Virus record (IMG/VR): IMGVR_UViG_3300042864_000277
Location: 1 to 54,048 of that record
From: a virus
Taxonomy: Duplodnaviria; Caudoviricetes
Strand: one strand, 5' to 3'
Length of the DNA stretch: 54,048 bases
In this document: piece after piece, positions 37,301 through 46,303 of the stretch
How the letters are laid out: each line of letters begins with the position of its first letter
Position numbering within the stretch: the stretch's first letter is position 1
Notes under the pieces: generated by a model
What the model saw: the letters and a program-made list of their open reading frames with translations, nothing else
Databases searched by the model: none
Told to the model about the DNA's origin: nothing
Translations under genes and position numbers: made by a program

Positions 37301-40300
37301 AGAACAAGTGGATTTAATGCATTTTCAACACCTGGGGCAAGACCAGGTGGATTCGGATATTCTGATTTTTCTTCTCCTAGGTTTTTTAAATCTAAGGCTG
37401 GCAGAGAAGTTTCTAGATTATACGGGGCAAGGCCATTAAAGAGAGTTCGTGGCGCAGACGGCAAAATTGATAAAAGACAGTCAGAAGTAAATATTCATGC
37501 AGTAAGTGAAGAGTTTTTAGATACATACGGTTTACCAAAAGGAACAGCTTCTACACCAGATTTAAAAGGCTCAGAATTAATTGCTTTAGGAGCAACTGGC
37601 AAAATAGACCCAGATAAAGTATACAGAGTTCTTCCAGCAATGTCAGTTAAAGGATCTCAACATTTTAACGAAAAGCTAAATGACAAAACTGCAACTGCTG
37701 CAGATTGGGTAAAAATTGGTCCAGGAAACTTAACCGACCTTGCAATGCACCTTCATCACGAGCTTGGGCTGCCTCCAGCTGTTGTAAATAATATATTATC
37801 AGGAGCAGCAAATAGAATAAACTATAAAGTATTGTCAAACCGTGGTTTAATTGACGAACAAGATTTTGCAAAAATAGTATTTGATTCAGCAGAAGAATCA
37901 ATTGCATCTAACTTTAAAGCTTCAACAAACAACTGGGTTGGAATGAATTCTGGGGGAATTGTACCAATGATGGGCGGAGCAGTTACATCACAAGGCGGAA
38001 GAAGTATTCCAGCTCCAGTTCAAAATGGAAAATATAATATGGGCGGAATGGTTCCAGGTATGCAATACTTTGGAAGTAATATGCGTGGAAGAATTGTAAA
38101 GCCATTATCTTCATCAATAATTAATAAACTAACTTCTAAGTGGAAGCCAAAGAAACAATTCTATCCACAAGGAATGCAATATACATTAGGAAACCAAGAT
38201 CCATTACATGGACCATTACAAATTGGTAGAGCAATGCATGTTGGATCAAAATCACATCACGATCCCTTTGAGAAGGACCCATTTGCAAGAACTATAGAAA
38301 TTGCTTATAACGATCCACAATTTGCACGTATGGCGCATGTTCCAGGATTCCCAGTTGGAACATTAGAAGATCGTGGTAAATACATACTTCGTCAATATAT
38401 GGAAGGCAACTATGGAATATTAAATACTCCAGGTGCTACAGAAGCAATAAAAACTTTATCAAAGAAATTTAGTGGAAATCTTTATAGAGGAATTCGTTTA
38501 AGCAATAATAGATCAAACCCACTGCCACAAAATATTTTAGATGCTCTTACACAAGCAAGAGCAACTGGAGATTATTCAGGTTTAATTGGAAAAGAATTTA
38601 TTATGCGTCGCTCTTCATGGAGTTCAGACAGAGGCGTTGCCTCAATGTTTGCTCCAGGATTTAGAGCAGACACTGAAGGTAAATCAATTTTATTAGAAGC
38701 TTTAGTAAAAAATAGAAATGTTGTGCCATCTTCAGAAATTTTCCCACAAGCAAAATTTGCGGCACCATTTGGACAAAAGCTAACAAACAATTCAAGATCA
38801 GAAAAAGAATCTATATTTGGCGGAAAGTTTAGAATTGTTAATGCAGAAAATGGAAGACTGCAACTAGAAACAGTTGTAGATGGTGCTCGTGCAATGGGTG
38901 GTCCAGTAAATGCTGGAAGACCTTACCTTGTTGGAGAAAATGGTCCAGAGCTATTTGTTCCTAGAAACGCAGGCGGGATAATTCCAGGATATCAAGATGG
39001 CGGAGATGTTAGACCTAATAGCGGTGGATTTATCGCTGGCCTTAAGAACCCATACGGAAGAGGCTTGGCTAAAGGAATGTCTAGAGGCCCAATGGGACTA
39101 CCAGCACAACTTGGAATTGGAGTGGCAGGTGGAATTGCTGGATCAATGGTTGGCGGAAATACTGGAACAGCAATTATGATGGCGTCAAACATTCTTCCAA
39201 TGATGACTGCAATGAAAGGATTTTCTGGACTTCTGCCTACTATAAAAACGGTAGCAACAATTTTAGGAAGATTAACAATTCCAGGGGCTCTTATCGGAGC
39301 TTTAGCTGGAGTTATAGGATTAATTAATAAATTTAAAAAAGATGCCGAAGACGCTGGTAAAGTTAATCGTGCAATGTTTGGCGGGACAAAAGAACAACTT
39401 GCAGAAGTAGGAATTCAATATACTTCAGTAGCAGAAAGAATGAAGGCTGTCAGAGAAGAATTAGAATTAACTCAAGCTAAAAATGCATCAAACTATGCAT
39501 CAATGACATCTTCTGGAATACCAGGATTAAATTTAACAATTACTCAGCTAAAAGAAGGCATAAAAGATGCAAAGATTAATGCAAAAGATACTGTAGATTT
39601 GTTTAACAACATAGACTCTGCAAGAGTAAATGATTTAGCAATTGCAATGAAGGCACAATACGTCTCACTTGGAATGAGTGTCCAAGAAGCAACAAATAAG
39701 ATATACACTCTTGTGAGCGCATCAAATAAATCTTCACAGGCTCTGGCATCAATAACTACTACAGGGTTTAAAGAAATTGAAGATAGATCATCTGCGGCTA
39801 TGACATCTGTAAAATTGCTTGGCAAAGTAGTTTCTGACAAATCATTATTTAATGTAGAAGAATTTGCAAATGGACTAGATGCTGTACTAAATAATTTAGA
39901 CTCATACATGAACTCCCTTATTGGAACTAAAATTGATGGTAAAAAAATTACAGAAGCAGATGCATTTAAAAAGACTATTGACGAAATTAAAAAGATTAAG
40001 TCGGCCACACAAGAAATTGATCAAGCAAATCTTCAGGAGCTAAAAAGCCAGAACCTTGTTCTTGGCTCAATGCTTAGCAATTCCGAAAGCATTCTAAGTG
40101 TTTTTGCAAAATATAAACTTTATTTATCTGGATTGTCAGATGTCTTAGATATAGGTGGACTAAGCGCAACGGATGCAATAAACGCAGTAAACGGATTTGA
40201 AGAACTACAAAGATCAGCAACAACAGTACTTGGAAGCACAAGTCTTGGAAAAGCAGCGGCAGCTGCAAAAGCGGCAGCAGAGGATGCGGCAACTGCTGCT

Positions 40301-41617
40301 AAGAATGCACAAAAGATAGATGGTTCTTTTTATGACGAGGCTATTAAAAATAAAGAAGAATTAATAGACAAGCTTGAAGAAGAAAGAAAAAAGAGATTAG
40401 CAATACTAGATCTTCAGGAAAGATCACAAAGTTTCGAAATATCTATAAAGCAAGCGCAAATTAAATATCAAGAAGCGTTGGCTTCTGGAAATATGTCAGA
40501 GGCGGCACAAGAGCAATTAAACATACAAAAATTACGTGGGGAAAGAGAAAAAGAATTAGCTAGAAATTCTATTAACGATAAGGCTGATGCTGATCGTAAA
40601 AAGATTGAAGACGAAATTGAAGCCCTACAAGCAAAGAAAGATGCTTTGCAAAAAGCATTAACTGTTGCTGGCAAAAGACAATCTGCAACAGCTGATAAAT
40701 CAGCTGAGCTACAGGCACTACAGAATCAAGTTGCAAATATAGTTGCAAAATATGCGGGCTCTCCAGCAAAAGGTATTACTTCATTGATGGAAGTTTTACA
40801 AAAAGCAAAAGAAGCAGGGGGGCCACAAAAAGCAGCTGCAGAAGCATTAATTAAAGAATACACTGGAAGAAAAGCTTATGATGGCAGAGAGATAAGAGAA
40901 ATAAGTCCTTATCAAGCCATGATGAATGAATTTTCAAGCAAGTCTGTAGCAGGAGCAGATCAAAAGTTTGCAAGTGCTGTAGATATATTCTTAGAAGCAG
41001 TTAAGTCTTTTAGGGAGGGTGTTTCAAATAACCGTTCGTCTTCTCCAAATAAATTTGGCGGAGATACCCCAAATATACAAGCAAAAACACTTAAAGAAGC
41101 TGCTAAAAAAGGACAGTTGTCTAAATCACAATTTACAGATCCAAATACTAATTCTAACTATAAATTATTTAAATATAACGGAAAAACTTATGCGGTGGAC
41201 TCAGTAGGAGTTGCATATGAATTTGATTCTGTATCTAATAAAGTTGGCAAAAGAGCTAAGATGGCTATGGGCGGATATGTAAGTGGAGCAGGAAATGGAA
41301 CATCTGATTCAATTCCAGCAATGCTCTCAAATGGAGAGTATGTTGTAAGTGCAAAAGCTGTCCAGGCAGCAGGAATACCTATGCTTGATAAAATTAATAA
41401 AATGGCTATGGGTGGTCCAGTTTATAATGTTCCAGCATATTCAATGGGAGGAAGAGTTAAATATAATAATGGGGGTATGGCAACTTCTTCAAACTCCCTG
41501 TATAATATTAACGTTACACTTAATGGAACAGACATGTCTGCAGATGACGTAGCAAATGCAATTGAAAGAAAGATGAGAATTCGTGAAGCAACAATTGGAA
41601 GAGGGAGAAATAACTGA
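34316..41617 (+). CDS. Tape measure protein (2433 aa) with internal cargo domains, including an ADP-ribosyltransferase-like domain
   Basis: TP901-type core (G..LT.GLT.P, N.VEN.T..S..DL, G.NA.K) and D.(V/I)PAML..GE(F/Y)V and YLVGE.GPELF.P motifs; follows the chaperones. Confidence 0.9.
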   Translation: MADENIVTNIVANADFSDLIANVNKVTTNLAQLKQTLTTTDKALALQAAKIQQNFASTLRSTGQFSTHFVSLSSDVDKFGKNLDSGKLKLKDYYGTWQNHSKTAGGLIRDLAKQQVQLQNSILQPLGRNAEGLMQFNVQVPRGLDVTKNKAALLKQEMQIMNKVIQDGGVQLINWGKNTQWAGRQLTVGLTVPIAAFGKAAADAFRVADEQLVRLTKVYGGVAQTSAVELGKIRKEVAATAKDLAQQYGASYTETIALAADIAATGKQGEDLLNSTRETTRLAVLGEVDRQEAMKATLAIQTAFNQNTQQLSESINFLNAVENQTSTSLADLVEAIPKAGPVVKSLGGSVQDLALYLTAMKEGGINASEGANAIKSSLASLINPTKVAKEMFAGFGIDLGGIVTSNAGNLTATILELQKALDTLDPLTKSKAIEQLFGKFQFARLSALFDNLGKQGSQTLEVLDLMNASASDLANVAGRELAQITESASGKYRRALEGLKADLAGVGDAFLNIQTFFINLIDKVIEFNNKLPDPIKKILTLVGGLTALAGPAIMLTGVLANFFGYIIKGVAHFKALFKGGEGWKLLTPEILAAQKAGNLMETTFYSDAKAANILGQALANLNLELDELTRKASSGTISATPVISTIAGNTLMGGAREVVPSHPLVSDRDTRSFSHPNPVSQMTPEQKAAQTIFGIVPGAPLVNQKISNNPQMYMSGDLPKIEGVSSIRGVSTGIVAEEAAKFHSMTGALAMQSQQEIAILKKEIAATGLITTSLSDSYQALLPEMSRITSLAATESAQIVAELQASKITVDQARTKIIALNQQIEAMMGQAATGVATAQGRTINLTQLPIVNQPAFDPVTGKANMKELTRPRNRTLINKIAGALGVKTYGAPYSIETTRPKRFNMGGKVFYNNGDQVPGSGNTDTVPAMLTPGEFVIRKGVAQQDPDGMRALNDGQAMIVPVQGRQLGGVIASIRNKMIAVGASRGVTMSSKGHQRTSGFNAFSTPGARPGGFGYSDFSSPRFFKSKAGREVSRLYGARPLKRVRGADGKIDKRQSEVNIHAVSEEFLDTYGLPKGTASTPDLKGSELIALGATGKIDPDKVYRVLPAMSVKGSQHFNEKLNDKTATAADWVKIGPGNLTDLAMHLHHELGLPPAVVNNILSGAANRINYKVLSNRGLIDEQDFAKIVFDSAEESIASNFKASTNNWVGMNSGGIVPMMGGAVTSQGGRSIPAPVQNGKYNMGGMVPGMQYFGSNMRGRIVKPLSSSIINKLTSKWKPKKQFYPQGMQYTLGNQDPLHGPLQIGRAMHVGSKSHHDPFEKDPFARTIEIAYNDPQFARMAHVPGFPVGTLEDRGKYILRQYMEGNYGILNTPGATEAIKTLSKKFSGNLYRGIRLSNNRSNPLPQNILDALTQARATGDYSGLIGKEFIMRRSSWSSDRGVASMFAPGFRADTEGKSILLEALVKNRNVVPSSEIFPQAKFAAPFGQKLTNNSRSEKESIFGGKFRIVNAENGRLQLETVVDGARAMGGPVNAGRPYLVGENGPELFVPRNAGGIIPGYQDGGDVRPNSGGFIAGLKNPYGRGLAKGMSRGPMGLPAQLGIGVAGGIAGSMVGGNTGTAIMMASNILPMMTAMKGFSGLLPTIKTVATILGRLTIPGALIGALAGVIGLINKFKKDAEDAGKVNRAMFGGTKEQLAEVGIQYTSVAERMKAVREELELTQAKNASNYASMTSSGIPGLNLTITQLKEGIKDAKINAKDTVDLFNNIDSARVNDLAIAMKAQYVSLGMSVQEATNKIYTLVSASNKSSQALASITTTGFKEIEDRSSAAMTSVKLLGKVVSDKSLFNVEEFANGLDAVLNNLDSYMNSLIGTKIDGKKITEADAFKKTIDEIKKIKSATQEIDQANLQELKSQNLVLGSMLSNSESILSVFAKYKLYLSGLSDVLDIGGLSATDAINAVNGFEELQRSATTVLGSTSLGKAAAAAKAAAEDAATAAKNAQKIDGSFYDEAIKNKEELIDKLEEERKKRLAILDLQERSQSFEISIKQAQIKYQEALASGNMSEAAQEQLNIQKLRGEREKELARNSINDKADADRKKIEDEIEALQAKKDALQKALTVAGKRQSATADKSAELQALQNQVANIVAKYAGSPAKGITSLMEVLQKAKEAGGPQKAAAEALIKEYTGRKAYDGREIREISPYQAMMNEFSSKSVAGADQKFASAVDIFLEAVKSFREGVSNNRSSSPNKFGGDTPNIQAKTLKEAAKKGQLSKSQFTDPNTNSNYKLFKYNGKTYAVDSVGVAYEFDSVSNKVGKRAKMAMGGYVSGAGNGTSDSIPAMLSNGEYVVSAKAVQAAGIPMLDKINKMAMGGPVYNVPAYSMGGRVKYNNGGMATSSNSLYNINVTLNGTDMSADDVANAIERKMRIREATIGRGRNN

Positions 41618-42090
41618 TGGCAGCAATAACATTACCTAAAGGCGCCCTTCTTCAAATATATGGAGTAGATGCATCGGCAAATGGCGGGGATGGAACAACA
41701 AAATGGAATACAGTAACAGATCACAATAGAGGTCAATTTACAATAAACCATAACCGAATTCAACAATCAAAAAGAATGGCAAATGGAACTTTACGCAAAT
41801 TTTTTGTTGCAGATAAGGAAGCATTCAATATTTCATGGGATCTAGTACCATCATATAGAACATTAACAGTTGATGGATATTGGGGAGCTGAGGATCTAAG
41901 AACATTTTATAACAGTACTCTTGGACAAGGTACGTTTGACATACGCATTAATTATGCAAAAGATGGATCAAGCCAGGTATCTTCTGGATATGAAGCCTTT
42001 ACAGTTTCATTTACAGACTGCTCATTTGATCTAGTCAAGCGTGGAATTCAAGCACACTGGAATATATCTCTTTCAATGGAAGAGGTTTAA
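41617..42090 (+). CDS. Distal tail protein-like
   Basis: First gene after the tape measure gene; RMANGTLR motif; 157 aa. Confidence 0.55.
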   Translation: MAAITLPKGALLQIYGVDASANGGDGTTKWNTVTDHNRGQFTINHNRIQQSKRMANGTLRKFFVADKEAFNISWDLVPSYRTLTVDGYWGAEDLRTFYNSTLGQGTFDIRINYAKDGSSQVSSGYEAFTVSFTDCSFDLVKRGIQAHWNISLSMEEV

Positions 42091-42092
42091 TC

Positions 42093-44129
42093 TTGCCTAC
42101 AAATCTTGAAAATGTATTCTACAACAATACATCAGTAAGAACTGATATAGGATGCACCATTGAATATAATATGAATTCTATGATTGATGGAATTGCCGCA
42201 AGCACAACTGCAACAGATGCAAATTATATTTCTGGAGTTACTTCTGCCGCTGGAACAACTATTAGATTAAATCCATTTAAAAAGCTTTTCCCAGTTGATT
42301 CTGTAATAAAGCCATTTAGACCTTCAGGACCAGGCATTAAATATTTTATTGCCCTTCCAAGCGACACAACAGCATTTTCTGCATTTAGAACATTGCAGTA
42401 TCCAAACACACAGCCTAGAGTTTATTATCCTGGAATTAGCACAACTTATAAATATTGGGTAGCTCCCAAGAATGCCGCCGCAGATTTAACAGTAACATAT
42501 AAGCAGGCCTCCAACCCAGTAACTGGAAACAAAAATGCTGTAGCAAATAAAATTATAGTCAAATTTGATAAGTACAATCAACTTCCAACAACGTATACAA
42601 TTACTATTACAAAGTCTGATAACTCAACACAGGTGCTTGGCCCTACAAGCACACCAGCAAGCGGTCTGGTAACCCTTTATTATGGTGGCTCATCTTGGTC
42701 AGCGACGGCACCAACAGAGCCAATTACATATGCAACACCACAAGCTATTAAATCAATTCGTGTTCAAGCAACAAATCCAGGAAGCGGCAAAGTAATAGCA
42801 ATTATTGAAGTATCAGCTAGATGGATAAAGGACATATCTTCAGACATAGTTTCACTAGACATTACTAAAGAATCTTCATCTAATCCATCAGACATATTGC
42901 CAGTTGGAATAGTTACAGCAAACAACATAGATTTAAATTTGTCTAAATATAACCAAACCGCTTTACAGACACTTTCATATAATAGGCTGTCAGAGTCATT
43001 TGATACAGACAAAACGTATATGTTTAAGTATGCAGAATTAAAACCATACATTAAAGTATTTCATTCAGATGGGGCAATAACTTCTGGATCTGATAAATAT
43101 GACAGAGTTGAACAAGGCATTTATTATATTGACAACTGGTCAATTTCTGAATACGGAGATGTTAGAGTAGTTGCTTTAGATGGCGCAAAGTATTTAATGG
43201 AAACATTTTGCCCAGATATATTATGCGAAGATTATCCAGTAACAGCAATTCTAAGAAGATTGCTAGACTCAATTGGATTTACTGACTACAACTTTAATTT
43301 AAAATCACCAGACACCTCTGTTCCGCTCATTAATTATTGGTGGACGGAAGACAGCCAGACAGTATGGGAAGCGATACAGATATTATGTAGAGACATACAA
43401 ATGAACGCATTCTTTGACGATGAAGGCATATTACAATTTTATAGTAGAGACTATATCTATGATTCAGCAAGATCTAGCGCATGGTCATTTTATAGCGAGG
43501 CGGAAGGCTCAGCATTGCCTAATATAATTTCTTTTAGCCAGGATGAAATTGCATCTGGGAACCAGGTTAAGATTATTTGGAAGACACCATTAAAGTCTAA
43601 CTATGTACAAAGCTCAGGACCTCTTTGGGAGTCACCAACAACATTTCTTTCTGCAGGTGGGTTAAAATATGCAATTGCCGCAGACACAACAGTTGCAGAT
43701 TTAAATAATTTAACTAATGCAACGACGTATCCAGGATTGCAAATTGAAACAAAGACTGTTGATAACTATAGCCAGTATCAATCTATATTTAATTTTAATG
43801 GCTACTTATTAATTGACTCAGAAATATTTGAGTTTGATGCATTACAATATCAATACGTTGCAAAAGAAGATTCTAGTGCAACCCCTACATGGATTCCTGT
43901 GTGGATAGAGTCACAATCAGATGTAAGCAAATATAGATACTTGTCAAAACCAGGATTTCAAGATCCCACAAGACCAGAAAGCGCATACTTTAAACCAACA
44001 AATAGAGTTCGTGTAAAATCAAGGGCGTCGCTTGGAACGACAGCAGCTTTTCATAGTGCTACAGCAGCAGATTCTTTAAATCAATGGACTGGCAGAACAA
44101 TAACCTGGACAACAGGAGGATCTAAATAA
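42093..44129 (+). CDS. Minor tail/baseplate hub protein
   Basis: Tail-tip position; G.YYID.W, ALDGAKYL and VWEAIQ.LC.D....FFD..G.LQF hub-like motifs. Confidence 0.6.
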   Translation: MPTNLENVFYNNTSVRTDIGCTIEYNMNSMIDGIAASTTATDANYISGVTSAAGTTIRLNPFKKLFPVDSVIKPFRPSGPGIKYFIALPSDTTAFSAFRTLQYPNTQPRVYYPGISTTYKYWVAPKNAAADLTVTYKQASNPVTGNKNAVANKIIVKFDKYNQLPTTYTITITKSDNSTQVLGPTSTPASGLVTLYYGGSSWSATAPTEPITYATPQAIKSIRVQATNPGSGKVIAIIEVSARWIKDISSDIVSLDITKESSSNPSDILPVGIVTANNIDLNLSKYNQTALQTLSYNRLSESFDTDKTYMFKYAELKPYIKVFHSDGAITSGSDKYDRVEQGIYYIDNWSISEYGDVRVVALDGAKYLMETFCPDILCEDYPVTAILRRLLDSIGFTDYNFNLKSPDTSVPLINYWWTEDSQTVWEAIQILCRDIQMNAFFDDEGILQFYSRDYIYDSARSSAWSFYSEAEGSALPNIISFSQDEIASGNQVKIIWKTPLKSNYVQSSGPLWESPTTFLSAGGLKYAIAADTTVADLNNLTNATTYPGLQIETKTVDNYSQYQSIFNFNGYLLIDSEIFEFDALQYQYVAKEDSSATPTWIPVWIESQSDVSKYRYLSKPGFQDPTRPESAYFKPTNRVRVKSRASLGTTAAFHSATAADSLNQWTGRTITWTTGGSK

Positions 44130-45853
44130 TGTCATTAGACTCAGAGTATCAATATAAAGACACCTCGGTTTTTCCAGCTGGATCCACCGCTACTTTAACA
44201 ATGTCAGATTTAGTTGTAAATCAAACAAGTACAACAGCAGTAGAGATATCATTTTCAAAACTTAAGGCAAGCGTACAGCCAACCAGCATTGAAATAACCA
44301 CACAAAGGCTACTGACAGATGGTACAAACGACGGATCGGCAGTAGTATCAACAGCAACAATTACAAATAATTCTGACCAGCTAGTATTTGCAGTAGGAAG
44401 CTTAACATCAGAAAGAAGATATAAGTTTACAATACAAGCAAAAACAAGCGTTGCATACGGCAACTTATTATCTACACAAATTGAATTAGCCTCAAGTAGT
44501 TTTAACGGCAAAGTAATAGGCTCTCCGCTAGACCCAAAGAATATAGGTAAAGGAAAATCATATTTAACCATATCAAACAATACAAAACTTAAGGATGAAT
44601 TTGCTGTTTCAAGCAGAGAGTTTCCTGCAATAACAATTCCATCACAAACTACAGCAATATTAACTGGAACCTATTCAGTAGACCAGGCCATGAAAAATAA
44701 CACCGAGTCTTATTTTTCATTTGGAACCACAGTATTTATGGAATCAATTAAAGATTCAACCCCAGGTGCAGGTCTTGGCTTCTTTGTAAATACAGAAGCA
44801 ACTTCTGGATACTTTGTTGTTGTTGAATCAACTAGCCTATCTTCCTCTCAAGATAGAAAGTCAATTAGAATTATTAAAACTAATGGGACTAAGATGAAAG
44901 TTTTAGCAGATTCCCAAAAGAGCACAACCAGTACGTTTGGCGGGGTATATGGAGCAACATCATATTCAATTGACGTAAAGGTCAAAGTAAAAAATTTAAT
45001 TGTAGAAATAGTTGCATACGTTAATGGGTTTAAGATAACGGCAACAGACACTACAATTGGCACAGGATTAGATGAAGTTATTCATCCAACAAAGCGTGTT
45101 GCGCTTATGGCTACAAGAGGCACAGCAGCGTTCGATTATGTTTACGGAACAGATATAGATACTGCAAGATATAATGATGCGGCATATAAAACTAATTTTT
45201 ATGAGGGGCAATTTTCTAACGACGTTATAGATGTGGCATTTGGAGAAACCATATACAACGCCTCGCTTGAAGAAGACGAATACGAAAAAAAGAAAACTAT
45301 GGTTGATGAGTTTGGCACAGTAGTTAGAGAAATTTCAACCGCTAAAGTTAAATTTGACAGCAGGCCAACATTTCCAGTTATGTGGACAACTGGCGGTAAC
45401 CCATACGCAAAAATTTTAGCCTCAAAGGTATCTAATTTTTCAGCAGAGGCTTACATTTTAAATAATACTTCAACAACAATACCTTTAGCCGATAATGAAA
45501 GCTCATACTTTTATGTGTTTGGAAATACACTAGGAATGTCGGGGGATCTAGAATATACAACAGAAGAGGTTTCTGACTATACTTCTAAAGAGCCAATTCA
45601 ATTTCAATCAACGTGGCTTCAAAATTTAACTGATGTTAAGTCATTAGCAGACTGGATTAAAGATACTGTGGTAAATAGAGGCAAGGTTGTTTCTATGGAT
45701 GTATTTGGAAACCCATTTATATCAGTAGGAGATTTAATTACTATAAAATATTCATATCAGGGTTTTGCTGGAACAGAAAAATTAATCGTAACTAGCGTTA
45801 CGCATAGATACAACGCAGGATTGGAGACCTCCATTACTTGTCGAACTTTATAG
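44129..45853 (+). CDS. Minor tail protein (hub C-terminal-like)
   Basis: C-terminal FGNP.I.VGD.I.I.Y...V.SV.H motif typical of tail-tip proteins. Confidence 0.6.
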   Translation: MSLDSEYQYKDTSVFPAGSTATLTMSDLVVNQTSTTAVEISFSKLKASVQPTSIEITTQRLLTDGTNDGSAVVSTATITNNSDQLVFAVGSLTSERRYKFTIQAKTSVAYGNLLSTQIELASSSFNGKVIGSPLDPKNIGKGKSYLTISNNTKLKDEFAVSSREFPAITIPSQTTAILTGTYSVDQAMKNNTESYFSFGTTVFMESIKDSTPGAGLGFFVNTEATSGYFVVVESTSLSSSQDRKSIRIIKTNGTKMKVLADSQKSTTSTFGGVYGATSYSIDVKVKVKNLIVEIVAYVNGFKITATDTTIGTGLDEVIHPTKRVALMATRGTAAFDYVYGTDIDTARYNDAAYKTNFYEGQFSNDVIDVAFGETIYNASLEEDEYEKKKTMVDEFGTVVREISTAKVKFDSRPTFPVMWTTGGNPYAKILASKVSNFSAEAYILNNTSTTIPLADNESSYFYVFGNTLGMSGDLEYTTEEVSDYTSKEPIQFQSTWLQNLTDVKSLADWIKDTVVNRGKVVSMDVFGNPFISVGDLITIKYSYQGFAGTEKLIVTSVTHRYNAGLETSITCRTL

Positions 45854-45862
45854 TTGACCAAA

Positions 45863-45871
45863 TGGTATAAT
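45863..45871 (+). promoter_or_regulatory. Extended -10 leaderless promoter
   Basis: TGGTATAAT, with ATG 45878 6 nt downstream. Confidence 0.55.
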
Positions 45872-45877
45872 AAAAAA

Positions 45878-46303
45878 ATGAGTAAAGAAGAAAATTTATC
45901 TAGAGTCTCCAAGGCGGCTATTGTTCGTGGAGCCCCCATTGTTGTAACAACAAATGATGAGTTTATATCTTTTTATGACCCCTCACAATTTTTAGTTAAA
46001 GACGGCGGCAAAATACAGTATACTAAATTTAGCCCAGGCTCACCGTTTGGAAGAGCATTCGCAGAAACGCCAGCTGGAAACATAAATGATGCGGCAGGAA
46101 ATAAGGCAGAGGTTGTGCCAATTGAATTACCAGATGTTCCTAATTTAACTGACATAGAACTATTCAGCTCTACAAAATACTATGATCCAGTAACAAAAGT
46201 AGAAAAGGGTAAAATTGTTATTAAGGTAACAAATACAAGCAGGGATAAAATAAACATTGAGGGGGTAGACGCAAGGGTTTATAATCCTTCCGAAAAGCTA
46301 TGA
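45878..46303 (+). CDS. Hypothetical tail-region protein
   Basis: Likely start is ATG 45878; ATGA overlap with the next gene. Confidence 0.55.
   Translation: MSKEENLSRVSKAAIVRGAPIVVTTNDEFISFYDPSQFLVKDGGKIQYTKFSPGSPFGRAFAETPAGNINDAAGNKAEVVPIELPDVPNLTDIELFSSTKYYDPVTKVEKGKIVIKVTNTSRDKINIEGVDARVYNPSEKL

Noticed and set aside
34316-41617. Intein or lytic transglycosylase/peptidase in the tape measure protein
   Set aside because: I saw no C/S...HN intein termini, LAGLIDADG motifs, or SLT, M23 or NlpC motifs. The insert matches ART motifs instead.
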